DNA of 64,000 nt, taken from assembly GCF_045037415.1 (NCBI RefSeq), contig NZ_CP173438.1; one strand, given 5' to 3'. Positions 40,283 to 50,492 of this stretch are shown here, piece after piece (position 1 is the stretch's first letter; each line of letters begins with the position of its first letter). This DNA is from Escherichia coli (GTDB lineage Bacteria > Pseudomonadota > Gammaproteobacteria > Enterobacterales > Enterobacteriaceae). The notes beneath the pieces were generated by a model. The model was not told where the DNA came from, did not search any database, and saw only the letters and a program-made list of their open reading frames with translations. The position numbers and the translations under genes are program-made.

Positions 40283-41323
40283 TTATGGTGCAGGATACGT
40301 ATAAACCTGATGCACCGCTTCAATTTCAGCTAATACGTCTTCGCTCAACTCCAGATGCAAACTTTCGACGTTAGTTTTCAGCTGCTCCATCGTGGTTGCG
40401 CCCAGCAGAGTGCTGGCAACAAACGGTTGACGGCGTACAAATGCGAGCGCCATCTGAGCAGGGTCCAGGCTATGACGTCTGGCGATATCAACATACGCCG
40501 CGACGGCTTTTTGCGTTTGCTCACCGCTATAGCGGGTGAAGCGACTAAAGAGCGTATTACGTGCGCCAGCGGGTTTTGCACCATTGAGATATTTCCCGGT
40601 CAGCGTGCCGAAACCCAGGCACGAATAGGCCAGCAGTTCGACCCCTTCATACTGGCTGACTTCTGCCAGACCTACTTCAAAACTGCGGTTTAACAGGCTG
40701 TAGGGGTTCTGAATGGTGACAATACGCGGCAGATCGTGTTTGTCCGCCAGATGCAGGTAGCGCATTACGCCAAATGCAGTTTCGTTCGACACGCCTATAT
40801 AACGAATTTTTCCCGCGCGTTGGTACTCTGCCAGTGCGTCCAGCGTATCCAGCAGCGAAACCGCAGGCGCAGAATCTGTCCAGCTATAACCGAGTTTGCC
40901 GAAGCAGTTGGTTGGGCGCTGCGGCCAGTGCACCTGATAGAGATCGAGGTAATCAGTCTGCAGACGCTTGAGGCTGTCATGCAGCGCTTCACGGATATTC
41001 TTCCGATCCAGCGCCTGATCCGGGCGGATGCCTTTGTCATTATTGCGCGACGGTCCGCTCACTTTGGAGGCGATAATTAACTTTTCGCGGCTGCCATGTT
41101 TCGCCAGCCAGTTGCCGACGTAGGTTTCGGTTAGCCCTTGAGTTTCGGGGCGCGGAGGTACTGGGTACATTTCGGCAACGTCGATAAGGTTAATGCCCTG
41201 AGCGACGGCATAGTCGAGTTGTGCGTGGGCGTCGGCTTCGCTGTTCTGTTCACCAAACGTCATCGTGCCAAGCCCCAGCGTGCTGACTTCCAGCGAACTG
41301 TGGGGTATACGGTGATATTGCAT
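40283..41323 (-). CDS. tas: NADP(H)-dependent aldo-keto reductase Tas
   Basis: 346-aa ORF, MQYHRIPHSSLEVSTLGLGTMTFG..., AKR family. Confidence 0.95.
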   Translation of the reverse strand: MQYHRIPHSSLEVSTLGLGTMTFGEQNSEADAHAQLDYAVAQGINLIDVAEMYPVPPRPETQGLTETYVGNWLAKHGSREKLIIASKVSGPSRNNDKGIRPDQALDRKNIREALHDSLKRLQTDYLDLYQVHWPQRPTNCFGKLGYSWTDSAPAVSLLDTLDALAEYQRAGKIRYIGVSNETAFGVMRYLHLADKHDLPRIVTIQNPYSLLNRSFEVGLAEVSQYEGVELLAYSCLGFGTLTGKYLNGAKPAGARNTLFSRFTRYSGEQTQKAVAAYVDIARRHSLDPAQMALAFVRRQPFVASTLLGATTMEQLKTNVESLHLELSEDVLAEIEAVHQVYTYPAP

Positions 41324-41402
41324 AGCCGTTTCCTTTTTATAATCACGACATAAGGAATATAAAAATGGCAGAGGGAAGGGAAAAGGGAAAGAGAAAAATC
41401 TT

Positions 41403-41425
41403 AAGGCCAGCCGGATGCTGACCTT
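41403..41425 (-). terminator. Probable terminator after ygdR
   Basis: The minus strand reads AAGGTCAGC-atccg-GCTGGCCTT (one G-U pair), followed by aagaTTTTTc. Confidence 0.5.
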
Positions 41426-41430
41426 ATTTG

Positions 41431-41649
41431 TTAACGTTCAATAATTTGCGAAACATCATCACGGTTAATTTGCATCGCGTTACCTTGCTGATCGTGATAA
41501 CTCACCAGCCCGGTATCATCATCAATTTCAGGTTTTCCATCGGTCAAAATCATACGGCCATCTTTGGTCGCCATGACGTAATCACTGGAACACCCGGAAA
41601 CAGCAAACGCCAGTCCGACTGCAGAAATTATTACTGCCCATTTTTTCAT
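41431..41649 (-). CDS. ygdR: Small lipoprotein YgdR (DUF903)
   Basis: 72-aa ORF with a signal peptide and lipobox (AFAVSGCSS). Confidence 0.85.
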
Positions 41650-41754
41650 CCGGTTATCCTCATTTGGCCCACCTATGATAATAGTCTGTTTATAAACCGA
41701 CGTTATATATCTTGAAAGCAGGAAAATCTTAAACTGTGAGGGTAACAGGAGTGA

Positions 41755-41780
41755 GTACGCCCTCCCGCAGGAGAGCGTAC
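41755..41780 (-). terminator. Probable terminator after ygdQ
   Basis: The minus strand reads GTACGCTCTCC-tgcg-GGAGGGCGTAC (one wobble pair), 7 nt after the ygdQ stop. Confidence 0.45.
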
Positions 41781-41786
41781 GGAGTA

Positions 41787-42500
41787 TCAGAGCGGATTCT
41801 TTTTGTTGCGAATCAGGTTTAGGCTTTCAACCGCAATAGAGAAGAACATCGCGAAGTAGATGTAACCTTTCGGTACGTGGATGTCGAAACTTTCCAGAAT
41901 CAGGGTAAAGCCCACCAGAATCAGGAAAGAGAGCGCCAGCATTTTTACCGAAGGATGGCGCTCGACAAAATCACCAATCGAGCGCGCGGCGAACATCATC
42001 ACGCCTACGGCAATCACCACGGCAGCCATCATAATAAACAGGTGATCTGACAGACCCACAGCGGTAATCACCGAGTCGAGGCTGAAGATAATATCCAGCA
42101 GCATAATCTGCACGATAGCGCCGAGGAATGATGAAACGCGTGTTTTCAGCCCTTCTTCTTCACCTTCGATGGATTCGTGGATTTCCTTGCTGGCTTTCCA
42201 GATAAGGAACAAGCCACCCAGAAGCAGAATCAAATCACGGGCGGAAATTTCCTGACTGAATATTGTAAAAAGCGGATTCGTCAGGCGCGTAACCCAGGCG
42301 ATGGATGCCAGCAGCGCCAGACGCATGACCATGGCTCCCGCCAACCCCAGACGGCGCGCATGAGCACGTTGTGCTGTTGGGAGCTTTGCCACCACCAGAG
42401 AAAGGAAAATAATATTGTCGATCCCAAGAACGATCTCCAGCAGCGTCAGCGTACCGAGCGCAAGCCAGGCGTTAGGATCGGTTATCCATGCAAATAACAT
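41787..42500 (-). CDS. ygdQ: TerC-family inner-membrane protein YgdQ
   Basis: 237-aa polytopic ORF with TerC-like repeats ([14 protein letters not shown] / [16 protein letters not shown]). Confidence 0.9.
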
Positions 42501-42568
42501 CTAAAAAGCCCTGCCAAAAAAATGAAGCGGTAATTATATGCCCGGAAAGCGGCAGGTCAAAGCGATGG

Positions 42569-43258
42569 CTACTGGATCAGAAAATGACGGGCCAGTAGCG
42601 CACTGGTGAAATTCTTCTTCAAATAAAATCCGCGCGGCAGCGTCAGAATCCGTTCGCCCCGGGCACCAATAGCTTCGGTCAGCGCTTTCGCATTCGCTGC
42701 TTTCGGTCGTATCTGTAAATATTCCCCGTGACGAGCGGTGATCCGCTCAATCTGACCGAGAACAATCATATCCATTAATTCTTCCCAGTCTTCGCGTAGC
42801 TGCCGGTCTTCCTCTTCATTCGGGCTCCACAGCAACGGTGATCCTACGCGACGCTTTGCCAGCGGGATGCTGCGCTCGCCTTCAACCGGTATCCACAGCA
42901 CGCGTTTGAGCTTGTGGCGCACGTGGCTGGTTTCCCATGTCACCCCGCTATTGCCCGTTAACGGGGCAACACAAACGAATGTTGTTTCCAGCGGACGACC
43001 AAGACTATCCACAGGGATAGTTTTAAGTTCCACGCCCAGAGCAGCAAAATCTTGCTCAGGTTTACTCCCTGCGCTGGCACCTAGCCAGATCTCCAGTAAC
43101 ACGCCAATCCAGCCCTTATCGCGTTTTAAATTCTCCGGCGTAACCAGCCCGGCAAGTGCCGCCAGTTCTCCCAATGTATAACCAGAAAGTTGTTGTGCTT
43201 GCGCTAACAATTGTTCTTCAGTTTCGGGAGGAGAGAGCAGTGGGCGAGGTTGGGACAT
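42569..43258 (-). CDS. mutH: Methyl-directed mismatch repair endonuclease MutH
   Basis: 229-aa ORF, recognised as MutH (…[15 protein letters not shown]…ELKTIP…). Confidence 0.96.
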
Positions 43259-43439
43259 GTCATGATACCTTGGTTAAAAAACAAACAGCAATTATGTGCC
43301 GAATATTCGCAGTGTAACTTTTTCCACATGCGTTGTTCAATTCTCTGATTTATATTGCTTTTTAGGTTGCCGGTAATCGAGTTGCGCAACACTGCAACGG
43401 GTTTTCCAAATCTGGTCACTGAAAATAAACAGGATCTTA

Positions 43440-43900
43440 CACCATGTTATCCACAGAAAGCTGGGATAACTGTGAAAAACCTTCACTACTGTTTCCATTT
43501 ACAGCCTTGACGTGCGACGAAACTCCAGTTTTTAGTGGTTCAGTGCTTAACTTAGTGGCACATTCTGTGGATAAATACGGCGTTGGTTGATCTTTCGCCA
43601 ACCCGTAAATGAGAGGTGTGACCTGGGTCACGAATTACTCTTTTTTATTACTCAAATCACATGTAATACATTGACTGATAATGAATATTTTAAAATCTCT
43701 ATATCTGTCTTATTCAGAATGCTCCGGGTTTTCCCGTAGTAATTCCGTAGTTCTTCACAACTCTATCCACAGAAAAGGTGAATAAAAACGGCTATCCACC
43801 CCTTCCTCTGTTTATAACTCTGCACATAACTGTGAGTTATTCAATTGTTATTAGTGTGTAATGCCCTGCAGAGAGTGGTTTACCGTCTTCCTGGAGTATG
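43440..43900. promoter_or_regulatory. DARS2 (DnaA-reactivating sequence 2) region: DnaA-box cluster in the mutH-rppH spacer
   Basis: Perfect DnaA boxes TTATCCACA at 43447..43455 (+) and 43566..43574 (-). Near-consensus boxes TTCTTCACA (43751..43759), CTATCCACA (43763..43771) and CTATCCACC (43792..43800). DARS2 is known to lie in the mutH-rppH(ygpD) intergenic region. The boundaries given here are approximate. Confidence 0.6.
43444..43590 (+). CDS. ygdT: Small hypothetical ORF YgdT (48 aa); coding status uncertain
   Basis: ATG..TGA reads MLSTESWDNCEKPSLLFPFTALTCDETPVFSGSVLNLVAHSVDKYGVG. It matches the position and length of the K-12 annotation ygdT as I recall it. It is bracketed by the two perfect DnaA boxes and has no convincing SD. 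Confidence 0.35.
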   Translation: MLSTESWDNCEKPSLLFPFTALTCDETPVFSGSVLNLVAHSVDKYGVG

Positions 43901-43942
43901 AAACAATCATTCGTATATAAAGCTTTATTTTGAGGTAGTCCG

Positions 43943-44473
43943 GTGATTGATGACGATGGCTACCGCCCAAACGTAGGTATCGTGATTTGTAATCGCCAGG
44001 GGCAGGTAATGTGGGCCCGGCGATTTGGTCAGCACTCCTGGCAATTTCCGCAAGGCGGAATCAACCCCGGAGAATCCGCAGAGCAGGCGATGTACCGTGA
44101 ATTGTTTGAAGAAGTAGGATTAAGCCGCAAAGACGTTCGAATCCTTGCTTCAACGCGTAACTGGTTGCGCTACAAATTACCGAAACGTTTGGTGCGTTGG
44201 GACACGAAGCCGGTTTGTATCGGCCAAAAACAAAAATGGTTTCTCTTGCAGCTGGTGAGCGGCGATGCAGAAATCAATATGCAAACCAGCAGTACACCAG
44301 AGTTTGACGGCTGGCGATGGGTAAGTTACTGGTATCCAGTCAGACAGGTGGTGTCATTTAAACGTGATGTCTACCGTAGGGTAATGAAAGAGTTCGCGAG
44401 TGTGGTGATGTCACTGCAGGAAAATACGCCAAAACCACAAAACGCATCTGCTTATCGACGTAAAAGAGGTTAA
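43943..44473 (+). CDS. rppH: RNA pyrophosphohydrolase RppH (NudH)
   Basis: 176-aa ORF with a GTG start and Nudix box [23 protein letters not shown]. Confidence 0.95.
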
Positions 44474-44485
44474 GTCACGCCAATT

Positions 44486-46732
44486 ATGCTCACTCGCCTG
44501 CGCGAAATAGTCGAAAAGGTAGCCAGCGCACCACGCCTGAATGAGGCGTTAAATATTCTGGTTACCGACATCTGTCTTGCGATGGATACCGAGGTCTGTT
44601 CGGTCTACCTGGCTGATCATGATCGACGTTGTTACTACCTGATGGCGACCCGGGGACTGAAAAAACCACGCGGTCGCACTGTAACGCTCGCGTTTGATGA
44701 AGGGATCGTCGGCCTGGTTGGCAGGCTGGCGGAACCGATAAACCTTGCAGATGCGCAAAAGCACCCCAGCTTCAAATACATCCCCTCCGTAAAAGAAGAA
44801 CGTTTCCGCGCGTTTTTAGGCGTACCAATTATTCAACGTCGCCAGTTGCTTGGTGTACTGGTGGTACAGCAACGAGAGTTGCGCCAGTATGACGAAAGTG
44901 AAGAATCCTTCCTGGTGACGCTTGCCACCCAGATGGCAGCTATTCTTTCTCAGTCGCAGTTGACTGCCTTGTTTGGGCAATATCGCCAGACGCGAATCCG
45001 TGCATTACCGGCAGCACCTGGTGTGGCGATTGCCGAAGGCTGGCAGGATGCCACGTTACCTTTAATGGAACAGGTGTATCAGGCATCAACGCTGGATCCG
45101 GCTCTGGAACGCGAACGACTGACCGGGGCGTTGGAAGAGGCGGCTAACGAGTTTCGCCGCTATAGCAAACGCTTTGCTGCCGGTGCACAAAAAGAAACGG
45201 CGGCTATTTTCGATCTTTACTCACACCTGCTTTCGGATACCCGGCTGCGTCGCGAATTGTTTGCCGAGGTTGATAAAGGCTCGGTGGCAGAGTGGGCGGT
45301 AAAAACGGTCATTGAAAAATTTGCCGAACAGTTTGCCGCGCTAAGCGATAACTATCTCAAAGAGCGGGCTGGCGATTTACGTGCACTTGGTCAGCGATTG
45401 CTGTTTCATCTTGATGACGCTAATCAAGGGCCGAACGCCTGGCCGGAACGTTTCATTCTGGTGGCAGATGAACTGTCAGCGACAACGCTTGCTGAGCTGC
45501 CCCAGGATCGCTTAGTCGGTGTTGTCGTGCGCGATGGCGCTGCCAACTCCCATGCTGCGATCATGGTACGTGCGCTGGGGATCCCTACCGTGATGGGCGC
45601 GGATATTCAGCCTTCGGTACTGCATCGTCGGACGCTGATCGTCGATGGTTATCGCGGTGAATTGCTGGTCGATCCGGAGCCGGTACTGCTGCAAGAATAT
45701 CAGCGGCTAATTAGTGAAGAGATCGAGCTTAGCCGTCTGGCGGAAGATGACGTCAATTTACCCGCCCAGTTAAAAAGCGGCGAACGCATTAAAGTCATGC
45801 TCAATGCCGGTTTAAGCCCGGAACATGAAGAAAAACTGGGCAGCCGTATTGATGGCATAGGACTTTATCGCACTGAAATCCCATTCATGCTGCAAAGTGG
45901 TTTTCCGTCGGAAGAAGAACAGGTGGCGCAGTATCAGGGGATGCTGCAAATGTTTAATGATAAACCCGTCACCTTGCGTACGCTGGATGTCGGAGCAGAT
46001 AAGCAGCTGCCTTACATGCCGATCAGCGAAGAGAATCCATGCCTGGGTTGGCGTGGGATTCGCATTACGCTCGATCAGCCGGAGATCTTCTTGATCCAGG
46101 TGCGGGCGATGCTGCGTGCTAATGCCGCTACGGGCAACCTGAATATTCTGTTGCCGATGGTCACAAGCCTCGATGAAGTTGACGAAGCACGCCGCCTGAT
46201 TGAACGTGCCGGACGTGAAGTCGAGGAGATGATCGGTTACGAAATTCCCAAACCACGTATCGGCATCATGCTGGAAGTGCCGTCAATGGTGTTTATGCTG
46301 CCGCATCTGGCAAAGCGGGTCGATTTCATCTCTGTTGGCACCAACGATCTGACGCAATACATCCTGGCCGTTGATCGCAACAATACCCGGGTGGCGAACA
46401 TTTATGACAGTCTTCATCCTGCAATGTTACGAGCTCTGGCGATGATCGCCCGGGAAGCGGAAATACATGGAATCGATCTCCGTTTGTGCGGTGAAATGGC
46501 GGGCGATCCGATGTGCGTGGCAATCCTCATTGGGCTTGGGTATCGCCATCTGTCTATGAACGGACGTTCTGTAGCGCGCGTAAAATACCTGCTGCGGCGC
46601 ATTGATTTTGCCGAAGCAGAAAATCTTGCGCAGCGTAGTCTGGAAGCGCAACTGGCGACCGAAGTTCGCCATCAGGTTGCAGCCTTTATGGAGCGTCGCG
46701 GCATGGGCGGGCTGATTCGTGGGGGGTTATAG
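44486..46732 (+). CDS. ptsP: Nitrogen-PTS enzyme I (EI-Ntr) PtsP, GAF + PEP-utilising domains
   Basis: 748-aa ORF. An N-terminal GAF domain is followed by an EI-type region (active-site His context GAANSHAAIM). Confidence 0.95.
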   Translation: MLTRLREIVEKVASAPRLNEALNILVTDICLAMDTEVCSVYLADHDRRCYYLMATRGLKKPRGRTVTLAFDEGIVGLVGRLAEPINLADAQKHPSFKYIPSVKEERFRAFLGVPIIQRRQLLGVLVVQQRELRQYDESEESFLVTLATQMAAILSQSQLTALFGQYRQTRIRALPAAPGVAIAEGWQDATLPLMEQVYQASTLDPALERERLTGALEEAANEFRRYSKRFAAGAQKETAAIFDLYSHLLSDTRLRRELFAEVDKGSVAEWAVKTVIEKFAEQFAALSDNYLKERAGDLRALGQRLLFHLDDANQGPNAWPERFILVADELSATTLAELPQDRLVGVVVRDGAANSHAAIMVRALGIPTVMGADIQPSVLHRRTLIVDGYRGELLVDPEPVLLQEYQRLISEEIELSRLAEDDVNLPAQLKSGERIKVMLNAGLSPEHEEKLGSRIDGIGLYRTEIPFMLQSGFPSEEEQVAQYQGMLQMFNDKPVTLRTLDVGADKQLPYMPISEENPCLGWRGIRITLDQPEIFLIQVRAMLRANAATGNLNILLPMVTSLDEVDEARRLIERAGREVEEMIGYEIPKPRIGIMLEVPSMVFMLPHLAKRVDFISVGTNDLTQYILAVDRNNTRVANIYDSLHPAMLRALAMIAREAEIHGIDLRLCGEMAGDPMCVAILIGLGYRHLSMNGRSVARVKYLLRRIDFAEAENLAQRSLEAQLATEVRHQVAAFMERRGMGGLIRGGL

Positions 46733-46882
46733 CGCGGATCATATACATATCTTTTAACGGTATCCGGCAACCAGCCAGGTCCCCTTGTGCTATTATTCGC
46801 ACCTTTGGAGCGCCTGAAACCTGCGGCGCGCATTTCAATCGCTGTTCTCTTTCAGCGAAATAACAAGAACTTGTGGTGACAG

Positions 46883-47758
46883 ATGACCAGTAGCTATCTG
46901 CATTTTCCGGAGTTTGATCCGGTCATTTTCTCAATAGGACCCGTGGCGCTTCACTGGTACGGACTGATGTATCTGGTGGGTTTCATTTTTGCAATGTGGC
47001 TGGCAACACGACGGGCGAATCGTCCGGGCAGTGGCTGGACCAAAAATGAAGTTGAAAACTTACTCTATGCGGGCTTCCTCGGCGTCTTCCTCGGTGGACG
47101 TATTGGTTATGTTCTGTTCTACAATTTCCCGCAGTTTATGGCCGATCCGCTGTATCTTTTCCGTGTCTGGGACGGCGGCATGTCCTTCCACGGCGGCCTG
47201 ATTGGCGTTATCGTGGTGATGATTATCTTCGCCCGCCGTACTAAACGTTCCTTCTTCCAGGTCTCTGATTTTATTGCTCCACTCATTCCGTTTGGTCTTG
47301 GTGCCGGGCGTCTGGGCAACTTTATTAACGGTGAATTGTGGGGCCGCGTTGACCCGAACTTCCCGTTTGCCATGCTGTTCCCTGGCTCCCGTACAGAAGA
47401 TATTTTGCTGCTGCAAACCAACCCGCAGTGGCAATCCATTTTCGACACTTACGGTGTGCTGCCGCGCCACCCATCACAGCTTTACGAGCTGCTGCTGGAA
47501 GGTGTGGTGCTGTTTATTATCCTCAACCTGTATATTCGTAAACCGCGCCCAATGGGAGCTGTCTCAGGCTTGTTCCTGATTGGTTACGGAGCGTTTCGCA
47601 TCATTGTTGAGTTTTTCCGCCAGCCCGACGCGCAGTTTACTGGTGCCTGGGTGCAGTACATCAGCATGGGGCAAATTCTTTCCATCCCGATGATTGTCGC
47701 GGGTGTGATCATGATGGTCTGGGCATATCGTCGCAGCCCACAGCAACACGTTTCCTGA
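46883..47758 (+). CDS. lgt: Phosphatidylglycerol:prolipoprotein diacylglyceryl transferase Lgt
   Basis: 291-aa membrane ORF, recognised as Lgt (…[11 protein letters not shown]…[11 protein letters not shown]…). Confidence 0.96.
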
Positions 47759-47764
47759 GGAACC

Positions 47765-48559
47765 ATGAAACAGTATTTAGAACTGATGCAAAAAGTGCTC
47801 GACGAAGGCACACAGAAAAACGACCGTACCGGAACCGGAACGCTTTCCATTTTTGGTCATCAGATGCGTTTTAACCTGCAGGATGGATTCCCGCTGGTGA
47901 CAACTAAACGTTGCCACCTGCGTTCCATCATCCACGAACTGCTGTGGTTCCTGCAGGGCGACACTAACATTGCTTATCTACACGAAAACAATGTCACCAT
48001 CTGGGACGAATGGGCCGATGAAAACGGCGACCTCGGGCCAGTGTATGGTAAACAGTGGCGCGCCTGGCCAACGCCGGATGGTCGTCATATTGACCAGATC
48101 ACTACGGTACTGAACCAGCTGAAAAACGACCCGGATTCCCGTCGCATTATTGTTTCAGCGTGGAACGTAGGCGAACTGGATAAAATGGCGCTGGCACCGT
48201 GCCATGCATTCTTCCAGTTCTATGTGGCAGACGGCAAACTCTCTTGCCAGCTTTATCAGCGCTCCTGTGACGTCTTCCTCGGCCTGCCGTTCAACATTGC
48301 CAGCTACGCGTTACTGGTGCATATGATGGCGCAGCAGTGCGATCTGGAAGTGGGTGATTTTGTCTGGACCGGTGGCGACACGCATCTGTACAGCAACCAT
48401 ATGGATCAAACTCATCTGCAATTAAGCCGCGAACCGCGTCCGCTGCCGAAGTTGATTATCAAACGTAAACCCGAATCCATCTTCGACTACCGTTTCGAAG
48501 ACTTTGAGATTGAAGGATACGATCCACATCCGGGCATTAAAGCGCCGGTGGCTATCTAA
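47765..48559 (+). CDS. thyA: Thymidylate synthase ThyA
   Basis: 264-aa [31 protein letters not shown]..., with the active-site context [13 protein letters not shown]. Confidence 0.97.
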
Positions 48560-48580
48560 TTACGAAACATCCTGCCAGAG

Positions 48581-48608
48581 CCGACGCCAGTGTGCGTCGG
48601 TTTTTTTT
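48581..48608 (+). terminator. Intrinsic terminator after thyA
   Basis: CCGACGC-cagtgt-GCGTCGG followed by TTTTTTTT. Confidence 0.8.
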
Positions 48609-48743
48609 GCCCTCCGTTAAATTCTTCGAGACACCTTCCCGAAATTTTGCAACGTCCTGCAACGACGTAAATAGTCCGGAAGATGCGCCGAAGAAATAGA
48701 AACTGGCCCTCGTCTTTTTTTCTCCTCGCTCCATACTGCCGGC

Positions 48744-49214
48744 ATGAAAAAACAACGTGGTTATACGCTGATTGAAACGCTGGTCGCGATGCTGATTCTG
48801 GTCATGCTAAGCGCAAGTGGGCTCTATGGCTGGCAATACTGGCAGCAGTCGCAACGGCTTTGGCAAACCGCCAGCCAGGCGCGGGACTATTTGCTCTATT
48901 TACGTGAAGATGCCAACTGGCATAACCGCGACCACAGTATCAGTCTTATCAGGGAGGGGACGTTATGGTGCCTTGTGAGTTCCGTTGCTGGGGCGAATAC
49001 CTGTCATGGCAGTTCACCATTGGTCTTTGTGCCGCGCTGGCCCGAAGTCGAAATGAGCGACCTGACACCTTCGCTTGCTTTCTTTGGCCTGCGCAATACC
49101 GCATGGGCCGGGCATATTCGCTTCAAAAACTCAACGGGCGAGTGGTGGCTAGTGGTTTCGCCGTGGGGAAGACTCCGGCTTTGTCAGCAAGGAGAAACAG
49201 AAGGATGCCTGTAA
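48744..49214 (+). CDS. ppdA: Prepilin-type N-terminal cleavage/methylation protein PpdA (minor pilin/pseudopilin)
   Basis: 156-aa ORF with the class III signal MKKQRG|[13 protein letters not shown]. Confidence 0.9.
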   Translation: MKKQRGYTLIETLVAMLILVMLSASGLYGWQYWQQSQRLWQTASQARDYLLYLREDANWHNRDHSISLIREGTLWCLVSSVAGANTCHGSSPLVFVPRWPEVEMSDLTPSLAFFGLRNTAWAGHIRFKNSTGEWWLVVSPWGRLRLCQQGETEGCL

Positions 49215-49768
49215 AAGAGCAAGGTTTTTCTCTGCTGGAAGTGTTGATTGCTATGGCGATCAGTAGCGTATTGTTGCTGGGGGCTGCACGCTTTCTGCCT
49301 GCGTTACAGCGTGAAAGTTTAACGAACACCCGTAAGCTGGCGCTGGAAGATGAAATCTGGCTGCGGGTATTTACCGTCGCGAAGCATCTCCAGAGGGCGG
49401 GTTATTGCCATGGCAGCTGTACGGGCGAAGGGCTGGAAATTGTCGGACAGGGTGACTGTGTCATTGTGCAGTGGGATGCGAACAGTAATGGTATCTGGGA
49501 TCGCGAACCGGTAAAAGAGTCCGACCAGATTGGATTTCGTCTGAAGGAGCATGTGCTGGAAACGCTACGCGGTGCGACATCCTGTGAAGGTAAGGGCTGG
49601 GATAAAGTCACTAATCCGGATGCCATCATTATCGACACTTTTCAGGTCGTACGTCAGGATGTCAGCGGCTTCTCGCCGGTGTTGACGGTTAATATGCACG
49701 CTGCCAGCAAGGCTGATCCGCAAACCGTGGTGGATGCCAGCTATAGCGTGACAGGATCCAACCTGTGA
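49205..49768 (+). CDS. ppdB: Prepilin-type protein PpdB
   Basis: I take the internal ATG at 49205 (MPVKEQG|[12 protein letters not shown]..., 187 aa), which overlaps the ppdA stop. The longer track ORF (from 48965) runs through ppdA in another frame. Confidence 0.85.
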   Translation: MPVKEQGFSLLEVLIAMAISSVLLLGAARFLPALQRESLTNTRKLALEDEIWLRVFTVAKHLQRAGYCHGSCTGEGLEIVGQGDCVIVQWDANSNGIWDREPVKESDQIGFRLKEHVLETLRGATSCEGKGWDKVTNPDAIIIDTFQVVRQDVSGFSPVLTVNMHAASKADPQTVVDASYSVTGSNL

Positions 49769-50172
49769 ACCGCGAAAAGGGTGTTTCGTCACTGGCTCTG
49801 GTCCTGATGCTGCTGATTTTGGGTAGCTTGCTATTGCAAGGAATGAGTCAGCAGGATCGCAGTTTTGCTTCTCGCGTGAGCATGGAAAGTCAGTCATTGC
49901 GCCGCCAGGCCATCGTTCAGTCGGCGCTGGAGTGGGGAAAAATGCACTCCTGGCAGACGCTGCCCGCAGTTCAGTGCTTACTGTATGCTGCCACCGGTGC
50001 CCGGGTTTGTCTGCGTTTACTGGCAGATAATGAAGCCTTATTGATTGCTGGTTATGAAGGCGTTTCGTTGTGGCGAACAGGCGAAGTCATCGATGGAAAC
50101 ATTGTTTTTTCGCCACGCGGCTGGAGCGATTTTTGTCCGCTGAAAGAGAGGGCGTTATGTCAGCTTCCCTGA
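49765..50172 (+). CDS. ygdB: YgdB, pilin-like protein of the ppd operon (DUF2509)
   Basis: 135-aa ORF with a hydrophobic N-terminal helix ([20 protein letters not shown]) lacking the conserved Glu5. Its GTG start overlaps the ppdB stop by 4 nt. Confidence 0.8.
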   Translation: MNREKGVSSLALVLMLLILGSLLLQGMSQQDRSFASRVSMESQSLRRQAIVQSALEWGKMHSWQTLPAVQCLLYAATGARVCLRLLADNEALLIAGYEGVSLWRTGEVIDGNIVFSPRGWSDFCPLKERALCQLP

Positions 50173-50480
50173 GGAATCAACAAGGCTTTAGTCTGCCGGA
50201 GGTAATGTTGGCGATGGTGTTGATGGTGATGATTGTCACTGCGTTATCGGGTTTCCAGCGAACATTAATGAACAGTCTTGCCAGCAGAAACCAGTACCAA
50301 CAGCTCTGGCGGCATGGCTGGCAGCAAACGCAACTGCGCGCGATTTCGCCACCTGCTAACTGGCAGGTCAACCGAATGCAGACATCGCAGGCGGGATGTG
50401 TCAGCATCAGCGTTACGCTAGTTTCACCCGGGGGCAGAGAAGGCGAGATGACCCGCCTGCATTGCCCGAATCGTCAGTAG
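50157..50480 (+). CDS. ppdC: Prepilin-type protein PpdC
   Basis: ATG at 50157 gives [10 protein letters not shown]|[14 protein letters not shown]..., 107 aa. It overlaps the ygdB end by 16 nt. Confidence 0.85.
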   Translation: MSASLRNQQGFSLPEVMLAMVLMVMIVTALSGFQRTLMNSLASRNQYQQLWRHGWQQTQLRAISPPANWQVNRMQTSQAGCVSISVTLVSPGGREGEMTRLHCPNRQ

Positions 50481-50492
50481 TCAGGAGCCGCT

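Noticed and set aside
43437-43631. 64-aa minus-strand ORF in the mutH-rppH spacer.
   Set aside because: It is antisense to ygdT and spans the two perfect DnaA boxes. It has no SD sequence, and the region is better explained as DARS2 regulatory DNA.
48965-49204. Long upstream extensions of ppdB (from 48965) and ppdC (from 50070), and ORF 50396..50674 bridging ppdC and recC.
   Set aside because: The extensions overlap the preceding genes out of frame. The prepilin signal motifs start at the internal ATGs (49205 and 50157). The bridging ORF is out of frame with both real genes.
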